Origin: a virus
Reading direction: 5' to 3' (one strand)
DNA: 64,000 nucleotides
IMG/VR virus record: IMGVR_UViG_3300035670_000053
The position numbers were made by a program, and so were the translations under genes. A model generated the notes under the pieces. The model saw only the letters and a program-made list of their open reading frames with translations, was not told where the DNA came from and did no database searches. Shown here piece after piece: positions 38,391-48,147 of this stretch; position 1 is the first letter of the stretch; each line of letters begins with the position of its first letter.

Positions 38391-40472
38391 TTAATTTTTT
38401 ATATCTCTTTTACCAAAAAATAAATACCGTTCTTTATTGGTGATGTTGTCTTCTTTTACTATAACTCTATCTATATCTAGATGAATTTTTTTGAAATCAA
38501 AATTTTTCAATTTTATTCTACTTACGATTCGTTGTCCTTCATTTGGTAAGGTATAACATAATGGTATAAATCTCATATAATTTATAGATTTATAGCTTGA
38601 ATCCTGTGAAGTCTGTAAAAATTTAGGATAGAAACTTTTATTAATAGAAATTTTTTCAGAATCTTCTAAAGTTATGTTTGATAATTGTTCTCTCATATTA
38701 TCGATACTTGCTGGATAATATTGGATATTATCAAAATATACTATACTACTAACACTTGTGTTATATTGATTTACTAAATTGTCAATTACATCAGCATATA
38801 CTATATCGTAAATATAATTTCCATTTGAATCTTCTGCTCTTGCAGTTTTTATATTACCAAAATAAAATGTTCTTCTATAGAAATTTCTAACAAATGATTC
38901 TGCATATTTTTCTATATCAACTTTTTCAATGGCAAATTCTAAAATTATTTTTATATCTCGTTGAACACCAAATTCTGGATCTAAATTTCTGTAGAGTAAT
39001 TTTGGATCAAAAATTTGCTCATCATTAATAAAATTACTGTAATAATCTTTTGTAGACTTGGATAAAAATGGTTTAAAATATAATGATGTATAATTTTTAG
39101 ATGCTTCTGTTACATTTATACTGAAACTTTTATTTATTGCGCTTAATTCGTATATATCTTTAGCTTCTGCTTCAAAATTAAATGTTCCAGAAGTCCCAGT
39201 GTTTACTTTTCCAGTTATTGACCCATCTGATAATAATGTTAAACCATCGGGCAAATTTCCAGATTTTTTACTGTATTTTATATCATAATTTGAAATTGTC
39301 TGTTTTGCTTGCACATATAAATGACTTAATTCTCCAGTAGTAACTGTGCCTAAGAATGAACTTGTTGTAACCCATTCTATAGAACTTTCTACAAGACCTT
39401 TTATAGCTAGTGTAAATGTATTTGATGCGGTTACGGACACCCCTGTTAAGCTATCAAATTTTGTTGCGTTAATATTTAGATTATAGTTAATTGTATATGC
39501 TGGTTGATACGGTATATAACCATATAAAAATCCAGTATTTCTATCTAAATTTAAATTTTGCGGCAATCTAGTAGTAATTGTAGTACCAGTTACCAAATTA
39601 TATGTTATTGTTCCTACAAAGGGTGATGGATCATAAGCAGATGCATCTAATATTTGATAATTTTCTGCTCTTATTGTTCCTAAGCTATTACCATTAATAA
39701 ATTGTGGTGGTAGCAAGTAGCTTTTTGGTTGTGTATTCAAACTTACATCTAAAATAGCAATACCAGTACTTGTTGTTAAAGGATGATACCTTAACATTTC
39801 AGAATCTAAAACCAGTAATTTGAATAATCTTTTAGATTCTGATATTCCATCAGATGCAGATACATAAAATTGATATGTTTTTGGATTATATACTGTTGCA
39901 GTAGTTACAGTTGTGTTTAAGTCTAGATCGGTAAAACAATCAATTATTCCGCTTAGTACTCCAGAATCAGATAATACCAAGTTTGGGGGCAGCGCATCGC
40001 TTAAACCATCTACATAATAAGATATTTTAGAGTCAGGTGATTTGGTAGTTGTTGCTTCTAATTGATAGTTTATATATTGTTTATTAAACACATAGGGTTT
40101 TACGCCATCTATAGATAGATAACCTTCAATTGTACTATATGTTAGGGTAAAAGATGTACCCGTTATGATTGTTTGTGTTTCCCACGTTGGGGAATTTATA
40201 CCTTCGACATCTAGAATAAAAGTTCTATCTCTTATTCCAGAAGTATTGGTAGCTCTTACTACAAACTTATTTGTTTTTAAATTTGAAACTACTTCAGGTG
40301 TGCCACTAATAATACCTGTGGTTGTTGTTAGTGACAAACCATCAGGTAATTTACCACTTAAAATAGAATAGGTTATATTAGTACCAGAGGCTACTAATGT
40401 AGTTGAAGTTGATACTAATTCTGTAGCAGTAAATAAAAATCCCGATGGTGTAATCCAAATAGGTGAGGTCAT
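38391..40472 (-). CDS. Large virion structural protein with Ig-like (He_PIG-type) repeats
   Basis: Repeated Y....G.LP.GL.L....G.I.G modules; Thr-rich. Confidence 0.7.
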   Translation of the reverse strand: MTSPIWITPSGFLFTATELVSTSTTLVASGTNITYSILSGKLPDGLSLTTTTGIISGTPEVVSNLKTNKFVVRATNTSGIRDRTFILDVEGINSPTWETQTIITGTSFTLTYSTIEGYLSIDGVKPYVFNKQYINYQLEATTTKSPDSKISYYVDGLSDALPPNLVLSDSGVLSGIIDCFTDLDLNTTVTTATVYNPKTYQFYVSASDGISESKRLFKLLVLDSEMLRYHPLTTSTGIAILDVSLNTQPKSYLLPPQFINGNSLGTIRAENYQILDASAYDPSPFVGTITYNLVTGTTITTRLPQNLNLDRNTGFLYGYIPYQPAYTINYNLNINATKFDSLTGVSVTASNTFTLAIKGLVESSIEWVTTSSFLGTVTTGELSHLYVQAKQTISNYDIKYSKKSGNLPDGLTLLSDGSITGKVNTGTSGTFNFEAEAKDIYELSAINKSFSINVTEASKNYTSLYFKPFLSKSTKDYYSNFINDEQIFDPKLLYRNLDPEFGVQRDIKIILEFAIEKVDIEKYAESFVRNFYRRTFYFGNIKTARAEDSNGNYIYDIVYADVIDNLVNQYNTSVSSIVYFDNIQYYPASIDNMREQLSNITLEDSEKISINKSFYPKFLQTSQDSSYKSINYMRFIPLCYTLPNEGQRIVSRIKLKNFDFKKIHLDIDRVIVKEDNITNKERYLFFGKRDIKN

Positions 40473-40512
40473 GATAAATAAGTATTTTTAATTATTTACC
40501 ATATTTTTAAAA

Positions 40513-40734
40513 TTAATGAAGTACTCTGTGATCTAGCGTCTCAAAATTATCTATTCCGAATATTTCCAATATCATTTTTATTTCTTCAGGTGGGTCCTCC
40601 ATTAAGTCGGGTGGATACATTATACTTTTTAATTCACCATCTGGGCCTATTATAAATCCATAATCATTTGGATCGTATGTTTCTTCGTTTTCATCGTATG
40701 TAGTTTCGTCTACATTTGGCATGTTATTTGACAT
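40513..40734 (-). CDS. Small acidic protein
   Basis: 73 aa, GGAG RBS, CTAAATA upstream. Confidence 0.65.
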   Translation of the reverse strand: MSNNMPNVDETTYDENEETYDPNDYGFIIGPDGELKSIMYPPDLMEDPPEEIKMILEIFGIDNFETLDHRVLH

Positions 40735-40853
40735 TTTTGTACTCCATAAAGTATTTAGAAATAGATTAACGAATCACCTCCTTTTAAAAATAATTTCTAT
40801 ATGTTTATTTAGTGATAAATATTTTTATATAACTTATATAAAGGATTTATAAT

Positions 40854-41258
40854 ATGTTTTCATTTATAAAAAAACTGTTGGGGTTACCAACTGAAGAAGA
40901 AAAAAGACTTGCTGAAGAAGCAAAATCGGCTGTTCCTTATAAAGTAGAAGCACCTGTTACTCCTGTAATTAATAACAAATCGGGAGACACTGTAGATGTT
41001 CCAAAAGTTATTGTTCAGCCATTAGTAACTGAAGAAGTTGTAGTTAAATTTGTTGAGCCAGTAAAAAAAGAAGAACCCGTAATCGTTGAATTACCTAAAG
41101 AGGTAGAAGTTCCCACCTTAAAAGAAGAAGTAAAAGCTAAACCAAAAACTAAAAAAGTAAAAAAAGAAGTGGTTGAAAAAACGGTTGCTGAAAAAGAAAA
41201 AGGGGTAGAAAAATCTACCCCTAAGGTTGCAAAAAAATCTAGGTCAAAGAAGTCTTGA
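40854..41258 (+). CDS. Low-complexity Lys/Glu/Val/Pro-rich protein with basic tail
   Basis: AAGGA RBS; MFSFIKKLLG amphipathic start; KKSRSKKS end. Confidence 0.65.
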   Translation: MFSFIKKLLGLPTEEEKRLAEEAKSAVPYKVEAPVTPVINNKSGDTVDVPKVIVQPLVTEEVVVKFVEPVKKEEPVIVELPKEVEVPTLKEEVKAKPKTKKVKKEVVEKTVAEKEKGVEKSTPKVAKKSRSKKS

Positions 41259-41489
41259 ATTTAATTTTTCAAAAGCTTGGTTGAGTTCATTGAATTTATG
41301 CGTATATAATGTTTCTAACCCAATTAGAATATTTAAAATTTGATCTTCATCGTAATCAGTATCAAAAACTCTACTGAAAGTTTTTAGATCATCAATTATA
41401 TGTTCGCATGATTTAATATTATTTTTTAATTCGTTTAATAAAATTTTATTAGTCATATAATTTTTCCTTTTTGGATAGATATGTTTCAA
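41244..41489 (-). CDS. Hypothetical protein
   Basis: 81 aa helical ORF. Confidence 0.5.
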   Translation of the reverse strand: MKHIYPKRKNYMTNKILLNELKNNIKSCEHIIDDLKTFSRVFDTDYDEDQILNILIGLETLYTHKFNELNQAFEKLNSRLL

Positions 41490-41588
41490 ACAGTTTAAAG
41501 CTTGCTAAGTTTTTGATAAATAAGTGTGGGTCACGAGACTGCCATCTCTACCCACTCTAATGCTAGATTTAAATAAAGGGGCATCAGC

Positions 41589-42254
41589 ATGACTATTTAT
41601 ACACATTACGTTTATTGGATACATTTACCAGAACATAACGACCATTATTCTCAGGGGTATATAGGTGTTTCTAACAACCCAAAACGTAGATTTAGAGAAC
41701 ATCTCAATGTTACAAAATTCATGAACGAGAAAAATCCATTTTTCACCCGAATTTTACAAAAATATTCTAATATTCTTGTTCAAACTTTATTATATCAAGG
41801 TACTGAAGAGTCTTGTTATCTACTAGAAGAAGAATTTCGTCCAAATAAAAATATAGCATGGAATGCTGCAAAAGGAGGATTTAAACCCCCTTCTAAAATA
41901 GGCTGGAAACCTACAAAAGAAACTTTATCTAAACGTAGCAACAGTCTTAAAGGAATACCTAGAACAGAAGAATGGTGTAATAATCTTTCTTTGGCAAAGC
42001 AAGGCCCAAAAAATGGGATGTATGGGAAAAAAATACCATGTCTCGATTCAAGAAAAATATTAATTATCCAAACAAAGAATAAAAACAAAATAGATAACTT
42101 AATTTTACTTTTTAAACTATTGAATGCAGGTGAATCTATTCGCAATATCTCTAAATCTACAGAATTCTCTACATCAACGGTTTGTTCTATAAAGAAAAAT
42201 CCTAAATTACATTTTGAGGCTTTCCCAATACTCAAACAATTTGAAACTTGCTAG
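41589..42254 (+). mobile_element. Free-standing GIY-YIG homing endonuclease with NUMOD3-like and HTH-like C-terminus
   Basis: YVYWI...GYIGVSNNPKRRF.EH; ETLSKRS.SLKG, KNGMYGKK; opposite strand to its neighbours. Confidence 0.8.
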
Positions 42255-43232
42255 ATTTTTAGCCTTTGCCTCTACCATTACGTCTGCCCATTCCCAATGT
42301 GTTTTGGCCCATAAGTTCATAGCAAGATTATGCATGTAATCACTATGGGCTCTTAATTTTTGTTTATTGATGCCTCTATCAATTAGCACATCACGGGAGG
42401 GAAGTATGTCGGTTGGATGATCAGAAAGAAATTCTTCTCTGGATTGGCTATAATGCATAACAGGCCGTAAACCACGCCAACTATTAATAATCATTTTGAT
42501 ACGCGGATCATTTGATGAAATATATTCTCCTTCACGACAATAATTATGATGTATATCTAAAACAATGGGCAGTAGATCGCCTAGTGTTAGGCATTCATCT
42601 AATCCCCATGAGTTTTCTTCATTTTCAATGGTGATTGAATTACGGGCTTCTGGTGAGAGTCTTTTATAGGCTCTCCTGATACCTTCTGGACCTTCTTTAC
42701 CCGAGATGTGCACGTTGATCTTGATGTCTTGAAATTGTTTACCAAACCCCATCCACCGGGCCATATCTGCATGATACTCAAACTCCTCTATACTCTTATT
42801 TACAATATCAGGATTATCACTAGCAAGAACAGTAAACTGACCTGGATGGAAAGACAGTCTAACATTACGATCACGGGCAATGCGCCCGACTTCAGCAAAA
42901 TGTCTTTCCGCATATTGTTGTACGTCAGGGAGCTTCCAAAAATACCGCCAATTAGATTCAGTGTATACAGGTAAAATATCACTTGAGAGGCGGACCATTC
43001 TAAGGTGTTGATTTAAATTTCCAACACGGGTTACAAGTTTTTTAACAGATTCGATGTTACCTTTCATCAAATCCCATAATTTTTCTTCTGCCTTAGACTT
43101 AGATTGTCTATTAAGCCATGCTACTGTAGTAGTACCAGTATTGTATTTTTTACAATCATCTGATGATTTAATTCCATCAGTTTGATTGGGGTTATCAATC
43201 CATTTGCAAGCAAATCCAATACGTTTGATCAT
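42207..43232 (-). CDS. uvsE: UV-damage endonuclease UvsE/UVDE
   Basis: RIGFACK, RLSSDILP, RLSFHPGQF, INVH, IENEE, DIHH, MVEAKAK. Confidence 0.93.
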   Translation of the reverse strand: MIKRIGFACKWIDNPNQTDGIKSSDDCKKYNTGTTTVAWLNRQSKSKAEEKLWDLMKGNIESVKKLVTRVGNLNQHLRMVRLSSDILPVYTESNWRYFWKLPDVQQYAERHFAEVGRIARDRNVRLSFHPGQFTVLASDNPDIVNKSIEEFEYHADMARWMGFGKQFQDIKINVHISGKEGPEGIRRAYKRLSPEARNSITIENEENSWGLDECLTLGDLLPIVLDIHHNYCREGEYISSNDPRIKMIINSWRGLRPVMHYSQSREEFLSDHPTDILPSRDVLIDRGINKQKLRAHSDYMHNLAMNLWAKTHWEWADVMVEAKAKNLASFKLFEYWESLKM

Positions 43233-43248
43233 TTAAAATCCTTAGGGT

Positions 43249-43512
43249 TTATGAATACTTTAGAATAAACCAAGTAAGTTTTTTTCCTTCACTAAAAGAA
43301 AAAGTTACATGTGATTCAGTTCCACTCTTGAGGCCATACATATAATAAGACGAAGATGGAGTATAAGCGAAACTGAAATCTTTGTCAACTACTAAACCTG
43401 TAAGTTTCAATTCATTAACTATATCTAGCATTTTAGATGCAGACATAGCTTTTAAAATTGATTTATGAGGAAATTTGTCTAGCATACATATTCTTTTGAA
43501 GGTAAAAACCAT
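43249..43512 (-). CDS. Small protein ending FILKYS (array-family outlier)
   Basis: C-terminal FSEGKKLTWFILKYS*. Confidence 0.6.
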   Translation of the reverse strand: MVFTFKRICMLDKFPHKSILKAMSASKMLDIVNELKLTGLVVDKDFSFAYTPSSSYYMYGLKSGTESHVTFSFSEGKKLTWFILKYS

Positions 43513-43871
43513 TCAAGTGTTTCTTGTGGACTATATTTTTCTATTAATTTAAGAAAAAAATCTGCATCTTTTTTATTAATAAATTTAATAAACATATTAA
43601 CCATATTATCTGATGATTTTTCATCTATAATATAATCCCATGCTCTTGTATTGAAAACACCTGCCCGATAAATTTTATTATATTCTCGAAATGCTGATAT
43701 TTTAGTAGTTTCTGCATAATATATATTAAGCCATAATGTGCCTACTATCATTCTAGCACATGTTTGTGTCATTGCAACACCATTCCAATATGTTATATGA
43801 GCATCATGTTTTTTTATATACATATTAAATGGGACAGGACTAATAAAACTCCAAGCCGCTGCATCATGCAT
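43479..43871 (-). CDS. Hypothetical protein
   Basis: 130 aa ORF tiling with neighbours. Confidence 0.55.
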   Translation of the reverse strand: MHDAAAWSFISPVPFNMYIKKHDAHITYWNGVAMTQTCARMIVGTLWLNIYYAETTKISAFREYNKIYRAGVFNTRAWDYIIDEKSSDNMVNMFIKFINKKDADFFLKLIEKYSPQETLEWFLPSKEYVC

Positions 43872-44442
43872 TACCGTAATCCTCTTCTGTTAATTTAGTA
43901 TAATCCCATATTGTTTTAGGATTAGCAATGATGTTTTTTATTAGTTCATCGTCTGGTTGATATCCATATGACCAGTATTTAAATAATCTTTTAATACTAT
44001 TTTCATTGATTTTTGTCATTCTTAAATATTTGTTTTTTAAATCATTTATGAAATTATCAGAATAATACCATGTGTCACCATCAGTTGCAATTTGACAAAC
44101 AGTTATGTCAAAATTATCTAATAAATTTAACACATTTTTTTCATCGCTTTCATCAATGTTTGTACGATATGGTTTTTTAATAATTTGAACTTTTATATTT
44201 GAAATTAAGTAGGTAGATGCATATACTGTATCAAATTTTGGATGATAACCAATATTCATTCTAAATTTATTCATGGATTCTACAGTTGGAAACCAAATAT
44301 CTATATCATGCTCTTCTACTGCGTAATCCTGAAACCATCTTAATGCTGCTCCTCCTGCAACAATTGCATTATAATTTTCTAAATTAAGACTTCTTATTAA
44401 TTCTCGATCGGTCGAATGAATTGTTAATAAATTTATTGACAT
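43864..44442 (-). CDS. Nucleotidyltransferase (Pol beta/CCA head-domain-like)
   Basis: VAGGAALR, HDIDIWF, FDITVCQ. Confidence 0.75.
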   Translation of the reverse strand: MSINLLTIHSTDRELIRSLNLENYNAIVAGGAALRWFQDYAVEEHDIDIWFPTVESMNKFRMNIGYHPKFDTVYASTYLISNIKVQIIKKPYRTNIDESDEKNVLNLLDNFDITVCQIATDGDTWYYSDNFINDLKNKYLRMTKINENSIKRLFKYWSYGYQPDDELIKNIIANPKTIWDYTKLTEEDYGNA

Positions 44443-44449
44443 GATATTT

Positions 44450-44863
44450 TTATTTTGCTAAATTTAGCAATGTTTTATAATGTTCATATGCTTTTCGTAC
44501 AGATTCGTTACTGTCTCTAATACGTTTTTCGTTTAAATTCACAAAATATAGTTCTCTTAATTGCCCATAGTCATGTATGATCATCTCAACTGAGTTTAGT
44601 CCTGTGAAATTCTTTAGATTTTCGAGATCAACATGTTCGTCTGCCAACTGTTCAAACTCCACTATTGGCATGGTAATCTCCACTGCTTCAACACTGTCAA
44701 TCTTTGTAATGGCGTAGGTAGACAAATAATCTTCGTAAGGATTGTAGGTGTTAGGAACTAATGATGGATTGTTATGCACGTACATCCTCTTATCATATTT
44801 GACGGAACCGTAATAACGATTTAAAAATGATTTAACTGATTTTGATTTTTCAATATGTTTCAT
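44450..44863 (-). CDS. Hypothetical protein
   Basis: 137 aa; starts inside the last array junction (ATGA). Confidence 0.6.
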   Translation of the reverse strand: MKHIEKSKSVKSFLNRYYGSVKYDKRMYVHNNPSLVPNTYNPYEDYLSTYAITKIDSVEAVEITMPIVEFEQLADEHVDLENLKNFTGLNSVEMIIHDYGQLRELYFVNLNEKRIRDSNESVRKAYEHYKTLLNLAK

Positions 44864-45066
44864 GAATACCTCAAAATAAACATTGTATATTTTTTTTCAT
44901 CAACTACTTCAATACGCCCGCCAATAGCGGATGACAATTGGATTCCGTATTCTTTAACCATATGTTCCTTAAGCGCATGAATATTAAGTAACAAACTAAT
45001 AGGAGCATTTTCTTCCCATTTATTGATAGCGCGCCAGACCATATTATCATCAATAAGATTTGTCAT
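44860..45066 (-). CDS. Array unit ending FILRYS
   Basis: Start moved to the ATG in the junction. Confidence 0.7.
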   Translation of the reverse strand: MTNLIDDNMVWRAINKWEENAPISLLLNIHALKEHMVKEYGIQLSSAIGGRIEVVDEKKYTMFILRYS

Positions 45067-45461
45067 GACCACCTCAACAAAAACAATGTGTAATCTTTTG
45101 GATTTTTACAGGCGAAGAAAATATAATCTCCTCCACCAAGTTCATCTATTTCCCATCCATTTGATGTACTTGATGCACGATGGAAATCAAATCTAAATTT
45201 ATCTGTACAGTTTTCCTTACACCATTGACTAAGCACATATATTCCGTCTATTGCTACATCCCAGTAATAAACATTGTGGCCACGATTTTCAAAACAGTAA
45301 ACATATGGATACCCACGATAAAAATCTTTTACTCTACTAGCAGGACGATTGATATCTAGATCGTACATGTGATCGTATTGTTCTCTAGTTTCGCAACCAT
45401 GTGCTGCTAGAAAACGACGTTCTCGCCATTCAAGATATCGTTTTTGTATTAGTTTTAACAT
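45063..45461 (-). CDS. Array unit ending FLLRWS
   Basis: TAATG overlap with the upstream unit. Confidence 0.75.
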   Translation of the reverse strand: MLKLIQKRYLEWRERRFLAAHGCETREQYDHMYDLDINRPASRVKDFYRGYPYVYCFENRGHNVYYWDVAIDGIYVLSQWCKENCTDKFRFDFHRASSTSNGWEIDELGGGDYIFFACKNPKDYTLFLLRWS

Positions 45462-45658
45462 TATAACCACTTCAAGACAAATAGTGAATATCCAGGCCCA
45501 GATGGTATTACACTAAATTCATAGCCATGAATGCTAGAAGATTCGTGTAAGTGTTTTACTTTATTTTCTTTCATCCAATTCATGATTTCTAAAAACTCAG
45601 AAAAATCTTTAACAAAATAATTATTTCTAGGATAACCCCTAAGTTGATAAATTTTCAT
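45461..45658 (-). CDS. Array unit ending FVLKWL
   Basis: ATGA overlap at the junction. Confidence 0.7.
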   Translation of the reverse strand: MKIYQLRGYPRNNYFVKDFSEFLEIMNWMKENKVKHLHESSSIHGYEFSVIPSGPGYSLFVLKWL

Positions 45659-45858
45659 GACCACCTCAAACATACCATCGTATATAATTTTTCATCAGAT
45701 ATTTTAACTTCAAAGTGCTGATATATGATATTAACTCTCCAATATGCGCCGCTGATCTCTACTATACCTATACTTAAACAAGGGTGTCCTAGAGACTCAA
45801 ACCATGATATCAATTCGTTAAAAGTAGTTTTGTTGAACTGTATTAATAATTTTTTCAT
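45655..45858 (-). CDS. Array unit ending VCLRWS
   Basis: ATGA overlap at the junction. Confidence 0.7.
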   Translation of the reverse strand: MKKLLIQFNKTTFNELISWFESLGHPCLSIGIVEISGAYWRVNIIYQHFEVKISDEKLYTMVCLRWS

Positions 45859-46094
45859 GACCATTTCAATAATAGAATAGTTAGTTGTTCTTTATTAATC
45901 ATAGCATCATAACTGTTTTCTAGGTCATCATTACTGGCATAGATCATATCGTCATTTTCGCCGAATGTATCACGTAACCATTGTTTCATCTCTCTGCCAT
46001 GCTTTCCCCAAAATCCACACTCATATCTACCATGATAGTATCGTGATTTCTTTATTTGAACACCTTTTAATGAAATTACGTTGTCTGTTTTCAT
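45855..46094 (-). CDS. Array unit ending LLLKWS
   Basis: ATGA overlap at the junction. Confidence 0.7.
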   Translation of the reverse strand: MKTDNVISLKGVQIKKSRYYHGRYECGFWGKHGREMKQWLRDTFGENDDMIYASNDDLENSYDAMINKEQLTILLLKWS

Positions 46095-46345
46095 GACCAC
46101 TTCAGCAAAAACAAAGTAGCATCTTGATCGTTAACAAATCCAAACCAATCATAACCAGTACTAACTCCTAATGCATCACCTAGTGACTTAGGTTCGTGCT
46201 TAATGATTTCACAACCTTGTTCGGCTAACCATGACCGATAACCTTCGTACCACGCATCAAAATTGTTTGGTAAGTTAGGCATGATATTTTCTTTGAAGTA
46301 AAATCTAGTATTGTAATGTAGTGGATTGGTATCTAGGAATATCAT
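46091..46345 (-). CDS. Array unit ending FLLKWS
   Basis: ATGA overlap at the junction. Confidence 0.7.
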   Translation of the reverse strand: MIFLDTNPLHYNTRFYFKENIMPNLPNNFDAWYEGYRSWLAEQGCEIIKHEPKSLGDALGVSTGYDWFGFVNDQDATLFLLKWS

Positions 46346-46614
46346 GACCATCTCAGTAAAAATAACATTTTATCTTTTTCATGTTTGAAATAGATAGTGG
46401 ACCAATTCTAAATCCAGTCATTTCCAAAGTTTTTTTCACACCATACTAACATTTCAGGTCCCAATTCGGGATATGAAACACTTGGGAAATTCTTTTTAAT
46501 ATACTCTGTAGCTTCAAAAGCACCAGTATAACGAAGATTATTTACACCAAAATTTAGAATTTTTTTGTGTAGGGACGAGTAAATTTTTTCCACTTCTATT
46601 GTTTTTACGATCAT
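46342..46614 (-). pseudogene. Array unit with in-frame TAG (46408-46410), ending FLLRWS
   Basis: Reading through TAG gives ...FGNDWI*NWSTIYFKHEKDKMLFLLRWS*. Confidence 0.75.
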
Positions 46615-46862
46615 GACCACCTCAACGCAAACAATAAGGCATCATGATCATCCTCAAATTGAATGAACTTTTCAGGGAGATAATCTGGACTATGATAGTA
46701 ATTGCCCTGACAATTTTCCTTCAACCATTCACTTATTAAAAGATCCTTATGAGAATACAGATAAAAACCAGTTAATTCTGATTCGTCAGTATACTTTACA
46801 AGATGAAGAACCGGCGTCTTGATTTCTGGAAAGCCAGGCACTGGTTTATAAGTTACTGTCAT
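46611..46862 (-). CDS. Array unit ending FALRWS
   Basis: ATGA overlap at the junction. Confidence 0.7.
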   Translation of the reverse strand: MTVTYKPVPGFPEIKTPVLHLVKYTDESELTGFYLYSHKDLLISEWLKENCQGNYYHSPDYLPEKFIQFEDDHDALLFALRWS

Positions 46863-47038
46863 GACCACCTCAACAAAAACATTATAGCATCACAATCTTC
46901 TAATTCAAAATAAATGTCGTCATGACCAATCTGCCAATCTGCCCAGTAGGTTCGATCTACCCAATTTTTACAATTAGCATAGATCCAATCGCATTGTTCA
47001 TACCATGTAATTGGACATTTTATTGTTACTGTAGTCAT
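46859..47038 (-). CDS. Array unit ending FLLRWS
   Basis: ATGA overlap at the junction. Confidence 0.7.
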   Translation of the reverse strand: MTTVTIKCPITWYEQCDWIYANCKNWVDRTYWADWQIGHDDIYFELEDCDAIMFLLRWS

Positions 47039-47355
47039 GAGTTTTTCAACAACCAAATTATCTTTTCATGCGGATCGTCAAATTCTAAACTAAATCCAAA
47101 AACCATTCTATCTGTTAGATACTTTTCTACAACACGATATGGTCCAGGATACAGAGCCTGCATGACTTCATTTACATGTTTCATGTCCTTCATAGTTATT
47201 TCTTGGGTGTTGTAAGTACTAATCGAATTGTTATATTGTAGTTCTAACTCTTGTAGATGATCCTGCCAAGTCCATTGTTTTGGATAATATATTCGGATAG
47301 AAGGTGCCACAAGGATAGGCTTATGTTTTTTGAGTTTTGGTACTGTAATAGTCAT
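47035..47355 (-). CDS. Array unit ending WLLKNS
   Basis: ATGA overlap; degenerate junction. Confidence 0.7.
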   Translation of the reverse strand: MTITVPKLKKHKPILVAPSIRIYYPKQWTWQDHLQELELQYNNSISTYNTQEITMKDMKHVNEVMQALYPGPYRVVEKYLTDRMVFGFSLEFDDPHEKIIWLLKNS

Positions 47356-47422
47356 GGCCACCTCAGCACAAATAACATATAGTAATCATATATGGCCAAA
47401 GTTGTTTTTTAAGTGATCTCAT
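47352..47422 (-). pseudogene. 71 nt remnant array unit
   Basis: ATG..MRSLKKQLWPY in one frame; YDYYMLFVLRWP* plus junction in another frame. Confidence 0.6.
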
Positions 47423-47790
47423 ATCACCATACTTTTTATAATTTCATATTGACGAATTGCTTCTTCTACTCTTTTCCAAGCAATTTCTAATGCTGGATTA
47501 TTTTTTTGTGTTTCATGAGTTTGTCTGAATGCCTTATTAAATACATCATTATTAACCCAAGCATATGGGTTTGCGTCTGTCCAGTAATAAACAATAGCGA
47601 TATCGGGAAACGTGGCCCGAATTTGATTTTCGTATGTATACCACTCATTAGTTTTTTTATGATAATAAAAATAATTATAATCATGATCACCGTCAGCCTT
47701 TCCACCAACGCCCCAACCTCTATAACCGAGATAGTATCCAGATGTATCAGGTTGTTTATCTTTAGTATTATACCAAATTGAAGTTTTCAT
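47419..47790 (-). CDS. Hypothetical protein inside the array, lacking the terminal motif
   Basis: 123 aa; MKTSIWYNTKDKQPD...GYYL start. Confidence 0.65.
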   Translation of the reverse strand: MKTSIWYNTKDKQPDTSGYYLGYRGWGVGGKADGDHDYNYFYYHKKTNEWYTYENQIRATFPDIAIVYYWTDANPYAWVNNDVFNKAFRQTHETQKNNPALEIAWKRVEEAIRQYEIIKSMVI

Positions 47791-47791
47791 T

Positions 47792-47986
47792 TTATGCCCA
47801 TTTTAACATGAATAATATATAATCTTTTTTATCATAAAAATAAAAACGATAGTACCACTCACCGTTTTCGTGTTTAAATGCGTCATTTGTAATATAACTT
47901 GAGCAATGTTTTATTGTCCATTCTAGTATTTTTTGTGTTTCTACGAAAGGATGTTTATCATATCTAAAACAAAAAGTATAACTCAT
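47792..47986 (-). CDS. Array unit ending FMLKWA
   Basis: ATGA overlap at the junction. Confidence 0.7.
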   Translation of the reverse strand: MSYTFCFRYDKHPFVETQKILEWTIKHCSSYITNDAFKHENGEWYYRFYFYDKKDYILFMLKWA

Positions 47987-48147
47987 GTCCATCTCAATAT
48001 GGCAAATAATTTATCTTTTTCATTGCCAATATACCAGGTATCAAACTTACTATAACTATTAGTTCCCATATATTCACAAACAATATTTTGATTCTGACAC
48101 CATTCCCAGAACATGTCTCTATACGCAACATTGATTTTGAACATCAT
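47983..48147 (-). CDS. Array unit ending AILRWT (54 aa, not in ORF track)
   Basis: Hand translation MMFKINVAYRDMFWEWCQNQNIVCEYMG...EKDKLFAILRWT*. Confidence 0.7.
   Translation of the reverse strand: MMFKINVAYRDMFWEWCQNQNIVCEYMGTNSYSKFDTWYIGNEKDKLFAILRWT

Noticed and set aside
41524-41556. tRNA or group I intron at the hairpin before the GIY-YIG gene
   Set aside because: No cloverleaf or T-loop is present, and no interrupted host gene or intron core was recognised; treated as a leader structure.
46408-46410. Genome-wide TAG reassignment (genetic code 15)
   Set aside because: Long genes such as polB, ClpA and the very Gln-rich collagen are uninterrupted in the standard code; only one in-frame TAG was noticed.
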